This document shows positions 36,054-49,989 of a DNA stretch of 64,000 nucleotides, piece by piece. A model generated the notes under the pieces. It did no database searches. It was not told where the DNA came from and was given only the letters and a program-made list of their open reading frames with translations. The stretch is taken from positions 304,545-368,544 of the forward strand of contig MU057416.1 of NCBI GenBank assembly GCA_013265495.1, in the 5' to 3' direction. Origin of the DNA: Vicugna vicugna (lineage: Eukaryota). The number at the start of each line of letters is the position of its first letter. Position 1 is the first letter of the stretch. The translations under genes and the position numbers were made by a program.

Positions 36054-38949
36054 GCGTTCTGCCGACTTCGCAGGGTCTGTGAGGCTCTGGAGGGGCGGGG
36101 GGCGCAGACAGAAACAACAGGGAGGCTGCAGTCGCGCGGTTCCTGCGTTTTAAGCCATTTCGAAAGAGTAAGAAAGAAAAAGTGGGGTTCTTCCAGCTGA
36201 GGGGCTGGCAAGCCTCCGCGTCTCGCTGTGCGGGAGGAAAGGGTCTGTTTCACTGAGCTAAAAAAATGCTTATCTTGGCTTCGTTCCAGAGGTGAAATTA
36301 TCTCACGGTTAATAACCTGGAGGGTTTGCTATTCAAAGTAGCTGGAGGTATCACATCAGAACACATCTGATCATTTAAGTATGATTATGCTTGTAGTAGG
36401 TAAACATGGTGTATTCAGATGACACAAATTCAACAAAATCTTCTTACATTTGCTAAAATTATATTAATGTTAGTGTTCTCCTTTCATATTTAATATTTTT
36501 TCTAAAATAAAGATACAAAATTAGTACAATTTAGAAACTACTGAGCAAATAAGAAATGAAGAAACAGCTCAATACATTCTTTCATAGTTGCCGACACAGA
36601 GATTCCATCAGCACTGTGACAGGTGCACTCTAGGACGCTACACAACCGTTCATTTTTCCATGTGTTGGACATGAAAATCCCAGCAGTTTTTTTTTTTCCT
36701 TTTTGGTTCTTTTCATATCCTCTTTCCCCAAGAGTGCTCTGTGATCTATGCTGTTCTAAATTATCGTGAACTCTAGTGAATACACTGTTAAGACCACTCT
36801 CCATAATTTTCTATCATCAATTAAAAAGAAAGTCATTTGGCAGATATCAAAACAAGACCTGAAAGCCACTATTTCATACAATTCCCTGGTATCCAGCGTG
36901 GCCGTACTTCCTTGTGGTGAGACAGCTGACAACAGTTCAGAGCACCACCTCGGGGATGACTACGGGCTTGTCAAATAAGAGATGATTCGTGAAACGTAAG
37001 GGAAATGGGTACTCGAAATTTTTACACAATGCCATAGTCCAGTCAGCTAAAATAGTTTAAAGTCCGTAACTGTTTAATACCTGCCAGATGAACTATCTGC
37101 GTGGGGGCTGACGGTTTTATTAGGGGAAGAGAGATTAGTCATTTATTGGGAGGACATACTGAGGTGACCAGTAGTCTCAGGACACAAGACGATGATGAAT
37201 CTGGACTGGCAGTTTAATCCTTTTGAAATAAGCAAGTATTTCTTACAGAGTAGAACCCCGTAGGAGAATCTGCCTTATCAGTAGGCATTGCCATGCTGCT
37301 GCTGGATAAAATATTAGCACAGCATAGGGGACTCAATGGTTTGCAGGGTCCGTTACGACTGAAGGTGTGTCACTCCTGTTCTGTTGCCTGTCGACTGTGA
37401 CATTAGTGTCGAGTCAATATACAACCGTTTTCAGTCATGCGCACTCACCTCTTGGCATAGCTGCTGACATCTGTATAACAGGGACCCTATGAAAGGAGCC
37501 GCTAAACTGAGCATTTTGCATTAACACGAAATATGCATCGGTCTACTGACAGCAAAATCCTAGGGCAGCTGGGACTATTTGCAACGCAGAACCTTGCTTT
37601 TCTTTGTTTTCCAAAATATTTTTCTAGAAGTCCTTAGCAGAATATAACCAAAACTTAAAATTCTTACGTAAAAATGATTCACCCGTAACAGTAAGAAATT
37701 CCATTAAATGCCTTGTCATGTGCACAGGGAACAGCAGGAGTAAGTAAGTTCAGCAAATTCTGTCGTTCATTGTTTTCCTTTCCTTGGACCAAGCTGCACA
37801 CGTGGTTCACAAAGCTAGAGTCTGTTACAGAGCCTACCTCATCCCTGCGCAGTGTGAACGGCCCACAGCTGGAGGTCGGGCTCTTGCTCTCGCTCGCAGG
37901 TACCCTAGTGTCAGAAAAGAGAACGGACGTAAGGGCCCTATATTGCGGTAACTTCTGGTTCACACTTTACCCCACCTGCTGGTTCGACAGTATTTCACTA
38001 ATTCGAGCGTGGCTTTCAATCACTACTTTGCCCCTTCTAGTCTACGCCTTCCACATCTCTATTTTCATGACACACTTGACTATAAAATAGTCCTGCTGGG
38101 AACAACGGGATTCGATAGCGCTGAGCCTTTACATTTTCCGTGGTGTGTAGTGTCTTTCTTTTTAGAACACACTGTTATAATTCCAGAATTCAAAGTAGGT
38201 GGCAGCCATCTGAATCCATGCCTAGTTTTCCTTGAATGAAAAGAGTCACAAGAAGTAAGACAGTTAAGGGTCAGAGATCTTCCCATCCACTTCCCTGGGA
38301 TTTTGGAGAAGGGTGTGGGCAGCATCGGACCAGCTTGTATCAAGGCCAGATTTATTTTAGCTTTTCTCTCTCTTCCCTAGGCTTGTGAGAACATTGAGTT
38401 TTTCAGTTTTGTTAAGGTTAGTAGGTCATAAATAAACCAAAGCAATTTCTTTGCTCCGAGCCAGAGGGTCGCAGAATACATGCAATACCACTTTTAAACA
38501 CAGCCAGCCCTAACGTGAACTGACAGAGGGACGTAAAGGGGAGCGTGACGAGGCTCGGTAAAAGGCCATGGGGACCTGGCATGCTCAAGTTGTCTGTTCC
38601 AGGAATAGACTGTGTATCTTGTCTGATGACCTGTGTTTAATTTAAGTGACTGCCTCTGCCAGTCCTTCCAGAGGGCAAGCGTGTGAAATAGAGCGTCTCC
38701 ACGGCAGTCTGCAGTCCCCGCCTCTGCCCGACGCCCTGACCTCCGTGGAGCTTGCGGGCTCCGATCCTGACAACCCGCAGGGCAGGAGGCTTCCCCACCA
38801 CACGGCTTTCACCCTGAGTTCCAGTTCATCTGGACGTTCCAGGGGCAGCCGACAGTCATGAGTGCTTATCGTTTCATCGGCTTTACTTTCTATTCAAGAA
38901 AGTGAATCTATTCAGAATAGAGAAAGTGAGAAATGGTGCCTTAGAAAAA

Positions 38950-39400
38950 CAGCCATTTGTGCAACATGGAGGACCTGGAGACTGTCATTCTGAGTGACAT
39001 AAGCCAGTGAGAGAAGGACAGGCACCATGTGGTATCACTTATATGTGGAATCTAAAAAAAAAGAAAGACACAAATGAACGTATTTATAAAACAGAAACAC
39101 GCTCACAGACACAGAAAACAAACTTTTGGTTATTGGGGGGGATGGTGTGGGGGGGATGGTGTGGGAAGGGACAAACTGGGAGTTTGAGATTTGTAGACAC
39201 TATTAAATATAAAATAGATAAACAGCAAGGTCCTGTTGTGTAGCACAGGGAATTATGCTCAATATCTTGCAGTAACTTAGAATGAAAAAGAATACAAAAA
39301 GGAATGTATGTATGTGTATGTGTGACTGAAACATTGTGCTGGACACCAGAAACTGACCCAACATTGCAAACTGACTGTACTACAATTAAAGAAAAAAAAA
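38950..39400 (+). mobile_element. 5'-truncated L1 3' end
   Basis: gcaacatggaggacctggagactgtcattctgagtga...tcacttatatgtggaatctaaaaaa...ctgactgtactacaattaaagaaaaaaaaa. Confidence 0.92.
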
Positions 39401-40369
39401 GGTGGGGGGAGCCATTGCCATCCACCCTTCTCTTGCCTTGAAAGAAGCTCGTGACACATGAGGTGCCAGCTTCGCTGGTACTGGGGGCCTCGACCCCTTT
39501 CTCAGGCCCATTACCATTTTCTTAGAGGATTTCTTCCTCTCTTTCAGATATGAAATCTCGTGAAATGTTTCAGCACGGGCACTTCCACCTTACCAGTTAC
39601 ACAGGTAAAATGCCTGTTCCAGAGATGCTTGCTCTGGGTGATTACAACTGTGATCGGGACTTCTGGCCACTTCGAAAGGAAGAGTGCGAGCATCAGAGTC
39701 AGAAACTGGCTCGGTGCAGCCAGAGCCAAGCGGGATACTTGGACGCCGCTCTCCACTGAGAAGGCCAGGAACTCGGGGCCGGTCGTGCCAAAGCCTGGCT
39801 CAGATTAGCCAGATTTTACGACTGGAACACTGACATCCCAGAGAGGCCTATGATTTTGTTGTCCAACAGCTTCGTCATTACCGACAGCCTTCACTCCTGC
39901 CGACGGCAAAGGGCCCGAAGTGGTTCTGGGTTTCCTCCCCCACTGAGCTGTGGAAATCATTCTACGCTGCTTGCTTTGTAAAGTGTCTTTATGAATTGTT
40001 TTTGGAGATGCGATCCATTTCCAGCCCAACCTTTGTACTATTTGGCAAAGTTACTAGTAATGAGGAAAAAAATGATTGGTTTTTAATACACATATTAACT
40101 GGATTTATACATACGAAACCCATATTGTATATATGTTGCAAAATACACGGTAAGTCATTTAAAAATGCTTTCCACGGGCAAATCAGTCCAGCTAACAGTT
40201 ATGAAGCCCTTATCATTTTAAAAGAAAGTTGTATTTTCTGGAAAGATTTGGTAATTGACAGACTAGCTATCTTTGTTTTTGAAAGTATTTACAGACATGT
40301 TTATGTGTTGTTGGTTTAAAAATTATATACTGTCTCAAATATTTACAAAGTTTAACCTAATAGAGAAGG

Positions 40370-40700
40370 TTACAAATGAACTTATTTACAAAACAGAAAG
40401 AGACTCACAGACATAGAAAACAAACTTATGGTTACCAAGGGGGAAAAGGGGAGGGATAAATTAGGAGTTCGGGATTAGCAGATACACACTACTATATACA
40501 AAACAGATGAACAACAGGACTCACTGTAGAGCACAGGGAACTATGTTCAGCATCTTGTAATAACCTGTAATGAAACAGAAAGTGAAAAATAACATACGTA
40601 CGTATATAACTGAATCACTATGCTGTCCACCAGAGACTAACACAACACCGTAAGCCAACTACACCTCAATAAAAAGAGAAAGAAGGAAAGAAAGAAACAA
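40370..40700 (+). mobile_element. 5'-truncated L1 3' end
   Basis: tacaaatgaacttatttacaaaacagaaagagactcacagacatagaaaacaaacttatggttaccaagggg...aactacacctcaataaaaaga. Confidence 0.93.
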
Positions 40701-41074
40701 GGAACCATCATTACTCCAAAATGAAGGTCACTTTTAATACAAGCCTAAAATTATTGATATTTTTGCTTATCTCACTTTCCTTATATTAACCATTTATTAT
40801 TTCAAGTTGAATTAAAACTTTCTTTTAGTAGAGAGTATATATATATACAAACTATGTGTATTGTAGAAAGGTTTTATCTGCATGGGAATTGCAGCAACCG
40901 CAAAGCTACCTTCCTAGGAGACACAGCAGAGTAACTGAACAGAGAGGAACTGGGTCATCGGACTGGGGTCTGCCCCTCACCCGCTTGGTTACCTAACTTA
41001 TCTGAGCTTTCATTTCCTAGATTATGTCTGGATAATAAAATCACCCTCAGATACACTAGTTTAATTTGTTTCCA

Positions 41075-41236
41075 AAGAGATATTCTGCGAAAGAGAGCAT
41101 GAGGTGCCTTATTATTTAAGGGGTAGGTATTTAAATCTGGGTCTCCTAAGATTTCTAAGAGATATTCTGCGAAAGAGAGCATGAGGTGCCTTATTACTTA
41201 AGGGGTAGGTATTTAAATCTGGGTCTCCTAAGATTT
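41075..41236 (+). repeat. Direct duplication, 2 x 80 bp (period 82, one mismatch)
   Basis: aagagatattctgcgaaagagagcatgagg...tctcctaagattt at 41075-41154 and 41157-41236. Confidence 0.96.
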
Positions 41237-43046
41237 TAATGCTTCTTCCCTTCACAAACTGCTGTGTTCCCAATTCTAAGATTAAAAGCGAGAGAGAGAA
41301 AGAAGAGTCAGATTTCTTTTCTCAATAGCCTCAAGATATATCACCTTTTAAAAACCAGCACGAGGACATCCCCAGTAAGATGGCCCTCCGCCGCGGCGCT
41401 TCCTCACCTGGGGCGGTACTCACAGGCAGGGTGAGCTCCTCCAGGACAGGCGGCTCCTCCCCAGAGGGCTGATGCTGACTTACAAGTCAGACTCAATCTC
41501 AAGCTCTCCAGAAGTCCGGAACCCTTGACGAACCCAGTGTATCTCTGTCTGGCCGCCGACGTTAACACAGAGCGTGGCAACCACGGTCAGGTCAGGATGC
41601 CGTCTCCTGGTCCCCTTGTGGATAAATTTCTTGTCCTTGAGCTAATGTCATACATTATTTCAAATCAAATAAGTATGTTGTTGGCTCTGCACAGAATTGG
41701 ACGAGGGTTTCAGTATTACTGTATATTTGAACATTCATCACATCTTCATATGCTTTAATGTTTCAAAGCCCGTCTACTGGAAAAATACGTCAGGGTTGCT
41801 TTGCTTTGAAATTTAGACTTCTTCCTGAAGCAAAAAAAAAAGGAAAGAAAATATATACATTATGGCATTTTCCCAAACCCACGAGCTTATTTTGTAGCTA
41901 TATTATATTGAGCTACTGAAGCTATTGCTTTATGAATAATTAATTATTTAAAGAACTGATCAACAAGAAAATGTTTCTTTTTAACAGAATAAACCCTTTT
42001 TGTAGAAACAGCCACAAGGATAGTGTTGAGTTTGGAGTAAACATTGAAATAAGGAGAAATTCAAGTCATGGTTGAATCTCGATTTTTTTATTTTTGTTTT
42101 TTTTTTTATAATGAAGAACCGTTTGTCAATAGTACAACCACCGTGACTTCAACAAACTGTGCCAACGTCCTTTTAAGCAGTGTTTATTTTTAGCAAAGAA
42201 ATATAATGTCTGTGATCTAAGACTTTGAAGGAATGGCTGATTAATCCTTTAGTTTGGAAAGGATAGATATGTTGACTGATACTCAAAATAATTTAAAAAT
42301 TAACCCCAGTGAACACAATCACTGTGTTAGTAACACAACTTGTCTCATCATGGTTTATTATTACCTGCATAAATTCATCTTGGAAAATTAAGACCAACAT
42401 GTGTGTTATAGAAAATAAGGATTTTTCTAGGAAACATACTAGTTTTTAAAATAAAGTAGACTTCTTGACTTCCTGCTTATATGGATTATTTAAACTTTGT
42501 CAGTAGAGAAGACAAGATATGCATAATCCAAAAAGAAAAATAAAACAGAAACAATATGCTGGGATTTTTTTTAATGTAAAACAAGCACTACTTTGTGATT
42601 ATATTGTTATATTATAAACTGAGTGACTACAATCATATTTTTAGAATATTGAAAACATCCTTCAAATTGTCTATGCTCCACTCAAAATCAGGTCTGCAGC
42701 CTTGAGTTGCCCAAGGTTTTGACTTCACTGCCCACTAGCCATGTTATTAGGACACGTTACTATTTTGGGAAGATATTGTGACTGTATTTCTAGCTCCATA
42801 AATTACACAAGCATCTGTTCTTTCAATCAACAGGATACCAAATGTTTTTGACATCAGCGTGTGTGAAACAATGTATATAATACCATTTTATTTCCCGTGA
42901 GTTTTTAGTAAGCACTGACTTTGTAGAAAAAAAAAAAGTTTGATTAGGATGGTGAAAGGGGGATGAAAAACAGTAAACAAAAATGTATTACAAAGTATGA
43001 TCCATGGGGATTTAACAGAAAAAATTCATGATATAAAACTAGTTAT

Positions 43047-43342
43047 ACAGACTCGTAGACATAGTAAACAATTTTACGGCTACCAGGGGAAAGGGGGTGG
43101 GAAGGAATACATTTGGGAGTTTGAGATTTGCAAACTACTATATGTGAAAATGGGTTTTAAAAAACATAGATTTCTTCTGTATAGCACAGGAACTATAGTA
43201 TCTTGTAATAACCTTTAATGAAAAAGAATATGAAAACAAATATATGTGTGTATATATGTATATATATGCATGACTGGGACATTATGCTGTACACCAAAAA
43301 TTGACACACTGTAACTGACTATACTTCAATAAAAAATACAAA
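43047..43342 (+). mobile_element. 5'-truncated L1 3' end with TSD
   Basis: L1 3' UTR; TSD ataaaactagttat (43033-43046) and ataaaagtagttat (43343-43356). Confidence 0.92.
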
Positions 43343-46300
43343 ATAAAAGTAGTTATCATTTTTTATAAATTCTATAAAGAATCTATAAAGGTCCATTCTA
43401 TATAGAAATGTAAAATAAATAAGATCAGCAGAACTTGATCATTTTTAAGGACCAAGCTGCCTCTCTATTAAAAATTATTTTTTCCAGCTTTAATACTATA
43501 TGGAATCCTATCTTGGAAAATATGGAAGTTTATAAAAAATTTATATCAAGTGCTGATATGCATTACATGGACTTTGGTTTACCACCAAAATCACTTTTAT
43601 AGGGATTTACCCTTAAGAATGAATAATCCAAAGCAGACTTGGGCATGCAAGAACATTTCCCGGTTCCTTCCTGAAACACGCAGCCAGGAGCTCCTCTCTG
43701 CAGGTGACCTGTGCGCTGAGAAAGGATTCCAGCCAGAATTCGAGTCCATTAAAGTTAAGTATCACAGTGCTCAATAAATCTTATGGAAATGAAAAATCTT
43801 AGCACAAGTTATTCATCAAATAGATGCCATATATGTTTGGATTAATTGTCTAAAGGACTGATGCATTGATTTTGAGCCCTGACTAATGACCTCTTCTAGA
43901 CAAGTGATTCTATGGTTGGTATATTTTTATTCTATTTTTTATTTTCATTAGTCAAAGATAATAATTCTATAGGCTTTCATTAATACTTCCTCCAGTCTAC
44001 ATTTTAAAAGAACAAACAGGCAAAACTCCAGCATTTAGTTAACAGTTCACAGTAATCTTTTCTTTTAAGAAATATTAATAGATCAGCTTGTTCCTTGAAC
44101 AATGGGACCAGGTGGCAACTCAAGTCCTCGAAATCATAATTGAGGAGAGAAAAGACAAAAGACTTCATTCAGAGATTACTTTATCTCTGTACCAATGTAA
44201 GAATGTCCCTTATTAAATGTGTAGCAATAATCCAGATATTTAAACAATTTTAAACAACTCATTATATTTATAACTTTCTCCTCTGAAAAAAGTTAGACAG
44301 AAATTACTATATATTAAAAGACTTTTCTAGCAAGAGAGAGAAAGAAGAAAGTGACTTCATAGGGAGAAAGGTTTTCTTCCACTCAAATTTCCAAATCTTC
44401 ACTGTTGAGTTGCTTTCCTTTCATAATGACTTATTTACAGAAAATCGAATGGCTTAAATTTTCAAAAAGGACCACCTGATAAATGTATGTCTATCAGAGA
44501 TGGAGTTAAACCATCTTTGATGTTATTAGGTAATAGTGGAAAATTATGATCTGATGTAGGCGATCTTTATGAAATCACTCTGTAGAACTCTGTAAGGGCA
44601 CTGCTCACCACCACAGAGCCAGTGAGAAAACACTTAGTTTCTGGCAAAAGCGTGTGACAACTGTGCCCGATTTTTCAGAATTATTCCTTTTGGACTTAAT
44701 TAACAAGCTACCTCTCTCCTGCAGTAATCATAAATGTCTGTTAGACACAATGACACAGTGGTAGGAACTTTCTTAACAATCTGTTATCTACCGTTAATAA
44801 CGGGGTGGCTTCAGAGCTCACAGTTTTTAATCAGCGAGGGCATTAACCAGATAATCTTGGATCAAAGTCAATGTAGGATACATTTCTAAATCCCCTCTGA
44901 AACTCCAGTTAAACACACGACTCTTCCCAGTTTCCTGTCTTAAAACTAGTTTTTAGTGTTGCCTGGAGGCCGTTGAACAGATGCAACATTCCAGCCATGA
45001 AACGAATGCTTTTCAGCAATGAGAGAATTACACAAATGCAAATACTGTTAGGTTTCTTCTGGAAAAGGATCTAATGAATGCAAGAATTTTGGGGGAAAAA
45101 AAAAGGACAAGCAAAAAGCTTAGATGTCAAAGAATTTCAGGCACAAGAGTACAGATCTGCCCATAAGTACCTTAAATGCTTTAAGGAAAAGACGGTGATC
45201 ATTGTACAAATAAACACATCATGCAGCCATCGGATGGAGACAGACGTCTATTCTCTAAAAACACTGAGTGCTACACTCAACTGACACTCAAAACACGGAC
45301 TCGCCTGGGACAAGCTGCTGGGCGGTGACTGAGTCTGTGGCTCCTCCCCACTCATTCTAGGTGTACAATGCATTTGTATCTATTTTTAACACTTTTTGTG
45401 ACCAAATTTACTAGCTGAGGATTTTCTGAAACAAAATTGTACAAGAAGACAATGTAAACAATGTTCTGTGCAGATACTCTGAGACTCACAGGCCATCTGG
45501 GATCTGCCATTGAACTTTTAAGCGAGGAGAGTAAGTGTGGGAGGTTGAGGACGAGCACCCGAGGGGATGGAGAACTCTGGTTTTGATACTAAATCTTTTT
45601 CTATGTGACAGGCCCTTTAAAAGTGAAAAATAGGTACACCAGCCACTGGCATGGGCGTCTCTCTTGTTCTCCTACCAGACAGTGAGACCCTTGAGGTCAG
45701 GGACTGACTCTTCATCATCTACAGACCCCGAGGATCCAACGTACTTCCTTGAATACAGTCGGTGTTCCATGTGTGCGTGTGTCTTCCTTAACTCTCAGGC
45801 ACATGGCTACAGCCCGTTGCTCCACCAGACGCAGTCTACACCCCCGCAGCCACTCATTTACCTGACTTGATATAAAACAGTGTGTGAACAGCTGTCTTCC
45901 ACGGTGGGGCGCCACGTGTCTGGATGTCCTGGAATCTAAAGTCAGGGTCACAGAAGCTAATCAATCATTCCCCGAAGACCTGTCGGGGAGAAGTTCCAAC
46001 AGGTGAACGCCCATCGGAGATCTTGGCCACCACCAGGGTCGCTGGTATCAAGCACTGCAAAGGGCCAAATTTCAGACGAGGAGGGGTTTTTGTGGCGGTT
46101 GTTCTTTAATCAAGTGTTTTATTAAATTAGGAATTTTACTCTACCGTGCAGCAGACCATGTATTTTCTTTTAATGATATGCATGAAAATAACACATTCTA
46201 TAAACTTCCCCTCGTGAACATGCTTCTAGCCCTTAAAGTACTTTTCGAGCAACTGCATACGTCTTCCAATAATATTCTCATCTTTGAAAACACTTCTATT

Positions 46301-49300
46301 CTCTCTGTTGAGCAAAATGAGGGAAAATGTAATTGGGAGGGCCCAGCGTTTAACTGTTCTGGGTTTGTTTATTGAAAGGTTTCACAAGGGAAAGCAGAGA
46401 AGCAGTGATGTGCTTTGATTAGACAAAAGTCCTCCTGAGAAACGAGTCTTTCTACTTGTCTTCTCACCAAAACATACATTTGGCAGTGAGTTTTGCACCT
46501 CCACCGACCTTGTATCCAAATATTTTAACTATATACTGTTTCCCCATTGAGGAAAGGCTCAGTTAAAAAAAAAGAAGATGAGAATCTGCTTCTGTCCACC
46601 AAAATGACCGTCTGAGGTATTTTATCAAGCACAGGTAAAAATTAGTCTTAATTTTTCATTCCTATCTTTGTAAGTCAATCTGATTTGCTACTATATGCAC
46701 CAAACTGTAACGTTAAGGGTTTTTCAGCTTTTCTGAAAACCGAATCGTTACAGGATAGAAAGTTGTCATTTTTCAGTTTCTTTGGAAAGTAGTGCTAAAA
46801 AAAGTCAGTGGGGTTGGATTTTAAGGCAAGTCCCAAAACGTGATTGGTAACAGTTCCCTGGTTTACGGTGACATCTTCTAAGGGGGTTAATTCTGAAAGG
46901 CCAGTGAGTGTGGATGGATGTTACAGGGGCACGTTCACCCAAAAATCAGTCATTTTAACATGCAATTGACATTTACAAAAAGTCTTAGCAAACGGAAAAT
47001 TTGCTTTGCAGTCAATTTAAAGAAACACAAAGGCTTACCTACTAATAACTAAGATGCTATCAATTTCAATATTTTTAAAGGAAAATGTCCCAGCCTTCGG
47101 GGTTTTTTGCTTTATTAAAATCATTGTAGCTAGAAGATCTTTTTCCCCAAAAGACAGCATTAGAAAGACCTTTCAAAACACTGTAAGATCATTGATTCTA
47201 GTCTTCTTTTTCCAAAACTTCTTTTGCTTTTATGAAGTCCAGTTCATATTAACGTCTAAAAAATCAATAATCATTCTTTATCATGTTATCGCTCTTACTT
47301 TTCAGTACCGCTTCCTTGCTGAAATCCCTGTGTACCTGCAGTCATCATATTATGCCTAACGTGGCATTTCTTTAATGTTACTTTGGATTTCTGCCTATTG
47401 TTCACAAGAAGAAATTCTGAACAGAAAACAACAACTGGCACTATATAGTTACCCAAAAAGCAAAATATCCCCCCAAAAGTTTCAAACACATTGACTAATT
47501 TGAGCAATCCAATTAGTTGCTTCCCATATCTCATACTTTACCACAGGGAAGGCATATTTCCCATAAGGAGATTCACTGAGAAAAATCTGTCATTCTGGAG
47601 AGAGCTATCAAAATATAGTATGTTTCCATCTATTTTCAGCTTTTATTTTCTGGTTAAAAAAAATTTTTTTGGCAATAACTTTTCAAAAAAAAATCCCCTC
47701 AATTCTCTTTGCTGTTTTAGGGTAACAAAAAATGGCTTACTAAATGGAGGTTTTGACCTGAATATTCATTTAAAAATAGTTTCTTTCACATTTTCAATTC
47801 TACACACTCAGTTATGTTAAGATCACCTGAATGATACAAAAGAGAGCTGACTTATACTGACTAAAAAGAAACCATAAAAGCACAATCTTATGGACCCAAA
47901 CTACAAGGCTGTAATTCTGACAAACAAGACGAGTTTCATCAAGTATCTTTCCACGAGCTCGTCTCAGTTACCAGCTTTCCCATACGATAGTGCAAACAGC
48001 CAAGGACACTCCAGAAAAAATATTATCGTTTCTTTGGGATTAAAGTTTAGTATCAAAAAGCTAAAAATGTCCACTGGAGGCAAAAGATATGGATAAATAA
48101 GCTTTCCTTGCTATTATGGGAAACAGCTCGAGGCAAATGGAAGAAGTAATGGCAAAGGATTCAATTTCCCTACTGCTTTAAATATAACTTTTTACTGTAG
48201 TTAAAGCCAGTATTATGCCGAAAGTACAATTCTTGCAAACCTCTGTGGTTACTAAATATACATTATTGAAATGGACAGTAAAATTTTAAAATTAGATGTA
48301 CATCCATTATCACAAATCTGGAATACTCTGGGAGAAATCGTGGAATAAAAATAAACACAGTATACTGAGAAATTCAAAACAGATGTCTCCTAAAATTCAG
48401 TATATTTCCATCCTTGTAAATAGGATAGCTTTCCAAAACATGACATTTCTTCTTTTGGACAGTTTGTGTGTGTCATGGGGTGGGGGGGTCGGGGAGAGAG
48501 AATACGTTAAATCCAAAGTTCTGCACGTGAAGAAGCTGCCTCAGGTGGAGAGTTGACGGTTATTCCAAGAGCGACCAAACCCTTCTATTTGAAGAAATAT
48601 TCAAGTGAGCAAAGATTGGTGATTTGATTTCAGTCGACTTACTTTCAAGGTTTTGCACGTGTCCTGTGGGATAACATCCCACCCCCTCCTTGGTTTCTAC
48701 ATTTTTAAAGCTTTTGGAGACTGATACATAAAAATATAAATCGGGGCTGTTGTCAAATATCTCCCTGCAGGAAGAAGGCTGGACCTGGGGCCGGCGGCAG
48801 TTCTCTTATTTTATGGCTTTCTAGCTTGCTTTGGAATTCTCAGCAGAGAAGGTTCAAGTGCAAGGTTACAGAACCTTGGAAACATAAGGAAAGTCTTCAG
48901 GAACCTGAAGTTAAACTTTCCAAGCAGGAGCAACACACTGTTCCCCCTTAGGTTCAGAAGCAGACGTGCAAAGCAAATGCTGCCCTTTCGCTGGTCATTT
49001 AGCAACTGTGCCTCGAAGCCCCGCACACAAATCGGTGAACACTTTCTTCCATCTAAAGCTACCCTTGCTTAAACATTTTTTCTTAGGAAAATAAAGCAAT
49101 AAAGAAAGAAGAGAAGGGAGAGAGGAAGAGAGGGAGGGGAGGAAGGGAGGAAAACGAAAAGATTTCTAAATGAGCGTGGTGCCCTCCTGACAGCGTCATC
49201 TGCAAAGAAAAGAGAAAACAAACCAGCAAACAAAACAAAAGCAAACAAGCCAAACAGCAGAACAAAAAACCAAACTGTGACCACTGCTTTATCTTTGATT

Positions 49301-49924
49301 TTCTTTGTGAAATTTAAAATGATGGAAGCCTGTGCTTTAACTACCAAGCACAGAAGCGTGAGGAGTTGGTACCAAATAGAGCACATGTTACACTTGGAGT
49401 AAAGAGGTCCACATGCTTCTGTGATGCCAGGTTATTAGTTGAAAGTGAGCATAAATCTGGATTACTTCTCATTTAGTTAAAAACACGAACATACACTCTC
49501 TCATCAGAAGAAATCTTACAAAGTAACTCTAACCTTCATAATGGCTTCATGAGGTAACGCTGACAGACGATTCCAGTTCATTCTATTTCTTTCATGACAA
49601 AGAATATTCTAAGAATGTGTTTCCTATCAAAATAGATTAACATTTAAAATTCCAGTCCCTTCGATTTTTTTCTTCACCCAGTTTAATCAAATCACTTCAT
49701 CTCATGAAAGAAGAAATGGGTGCTTCGAAACTGTCAGTGACTTGCCTGAAACCCAATACGAACACAGAGTCAGGGCCAGGGGGCAGTTCCCGGTCACAGT
49801 CGGGGAGCGCTCTCCAGCGTCATTGCCTCTTCCCAGAGGTGCTCGGGGACGGCCACGAGACAAGCCTCTTCCCGACTTTCCAGCCTGTCGCTGTTGCCCC
49901 AGCCCTCATCCCACTTTTTGATTC

Positions 49925-49989
49925 TTCACGTGAGTTCACTTTTTTATTTTGTCTCAATTCACATGAGTTCACTTTTTTATTTTGTTTCA
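49925..49989 (+). repeat. Tandem duplication, period 33 bp
   Basis: ttcacgtgagttcacttttttattttgtctca and ttcacatgagttcacttttttattttgtttca. Confidence 0.9.

Noticed and set aside
35560..36253. ORFs overlapping the miR-181 hairpins
   Set aside because: Mostly non-ATG starts, and the sequence is already explained by the miRNA precursors.
37450..37470. ggcatagctg resembling the 3' part of miR-31
   Set aside because: No miR-31 seed and no complementary arm or hairpin.
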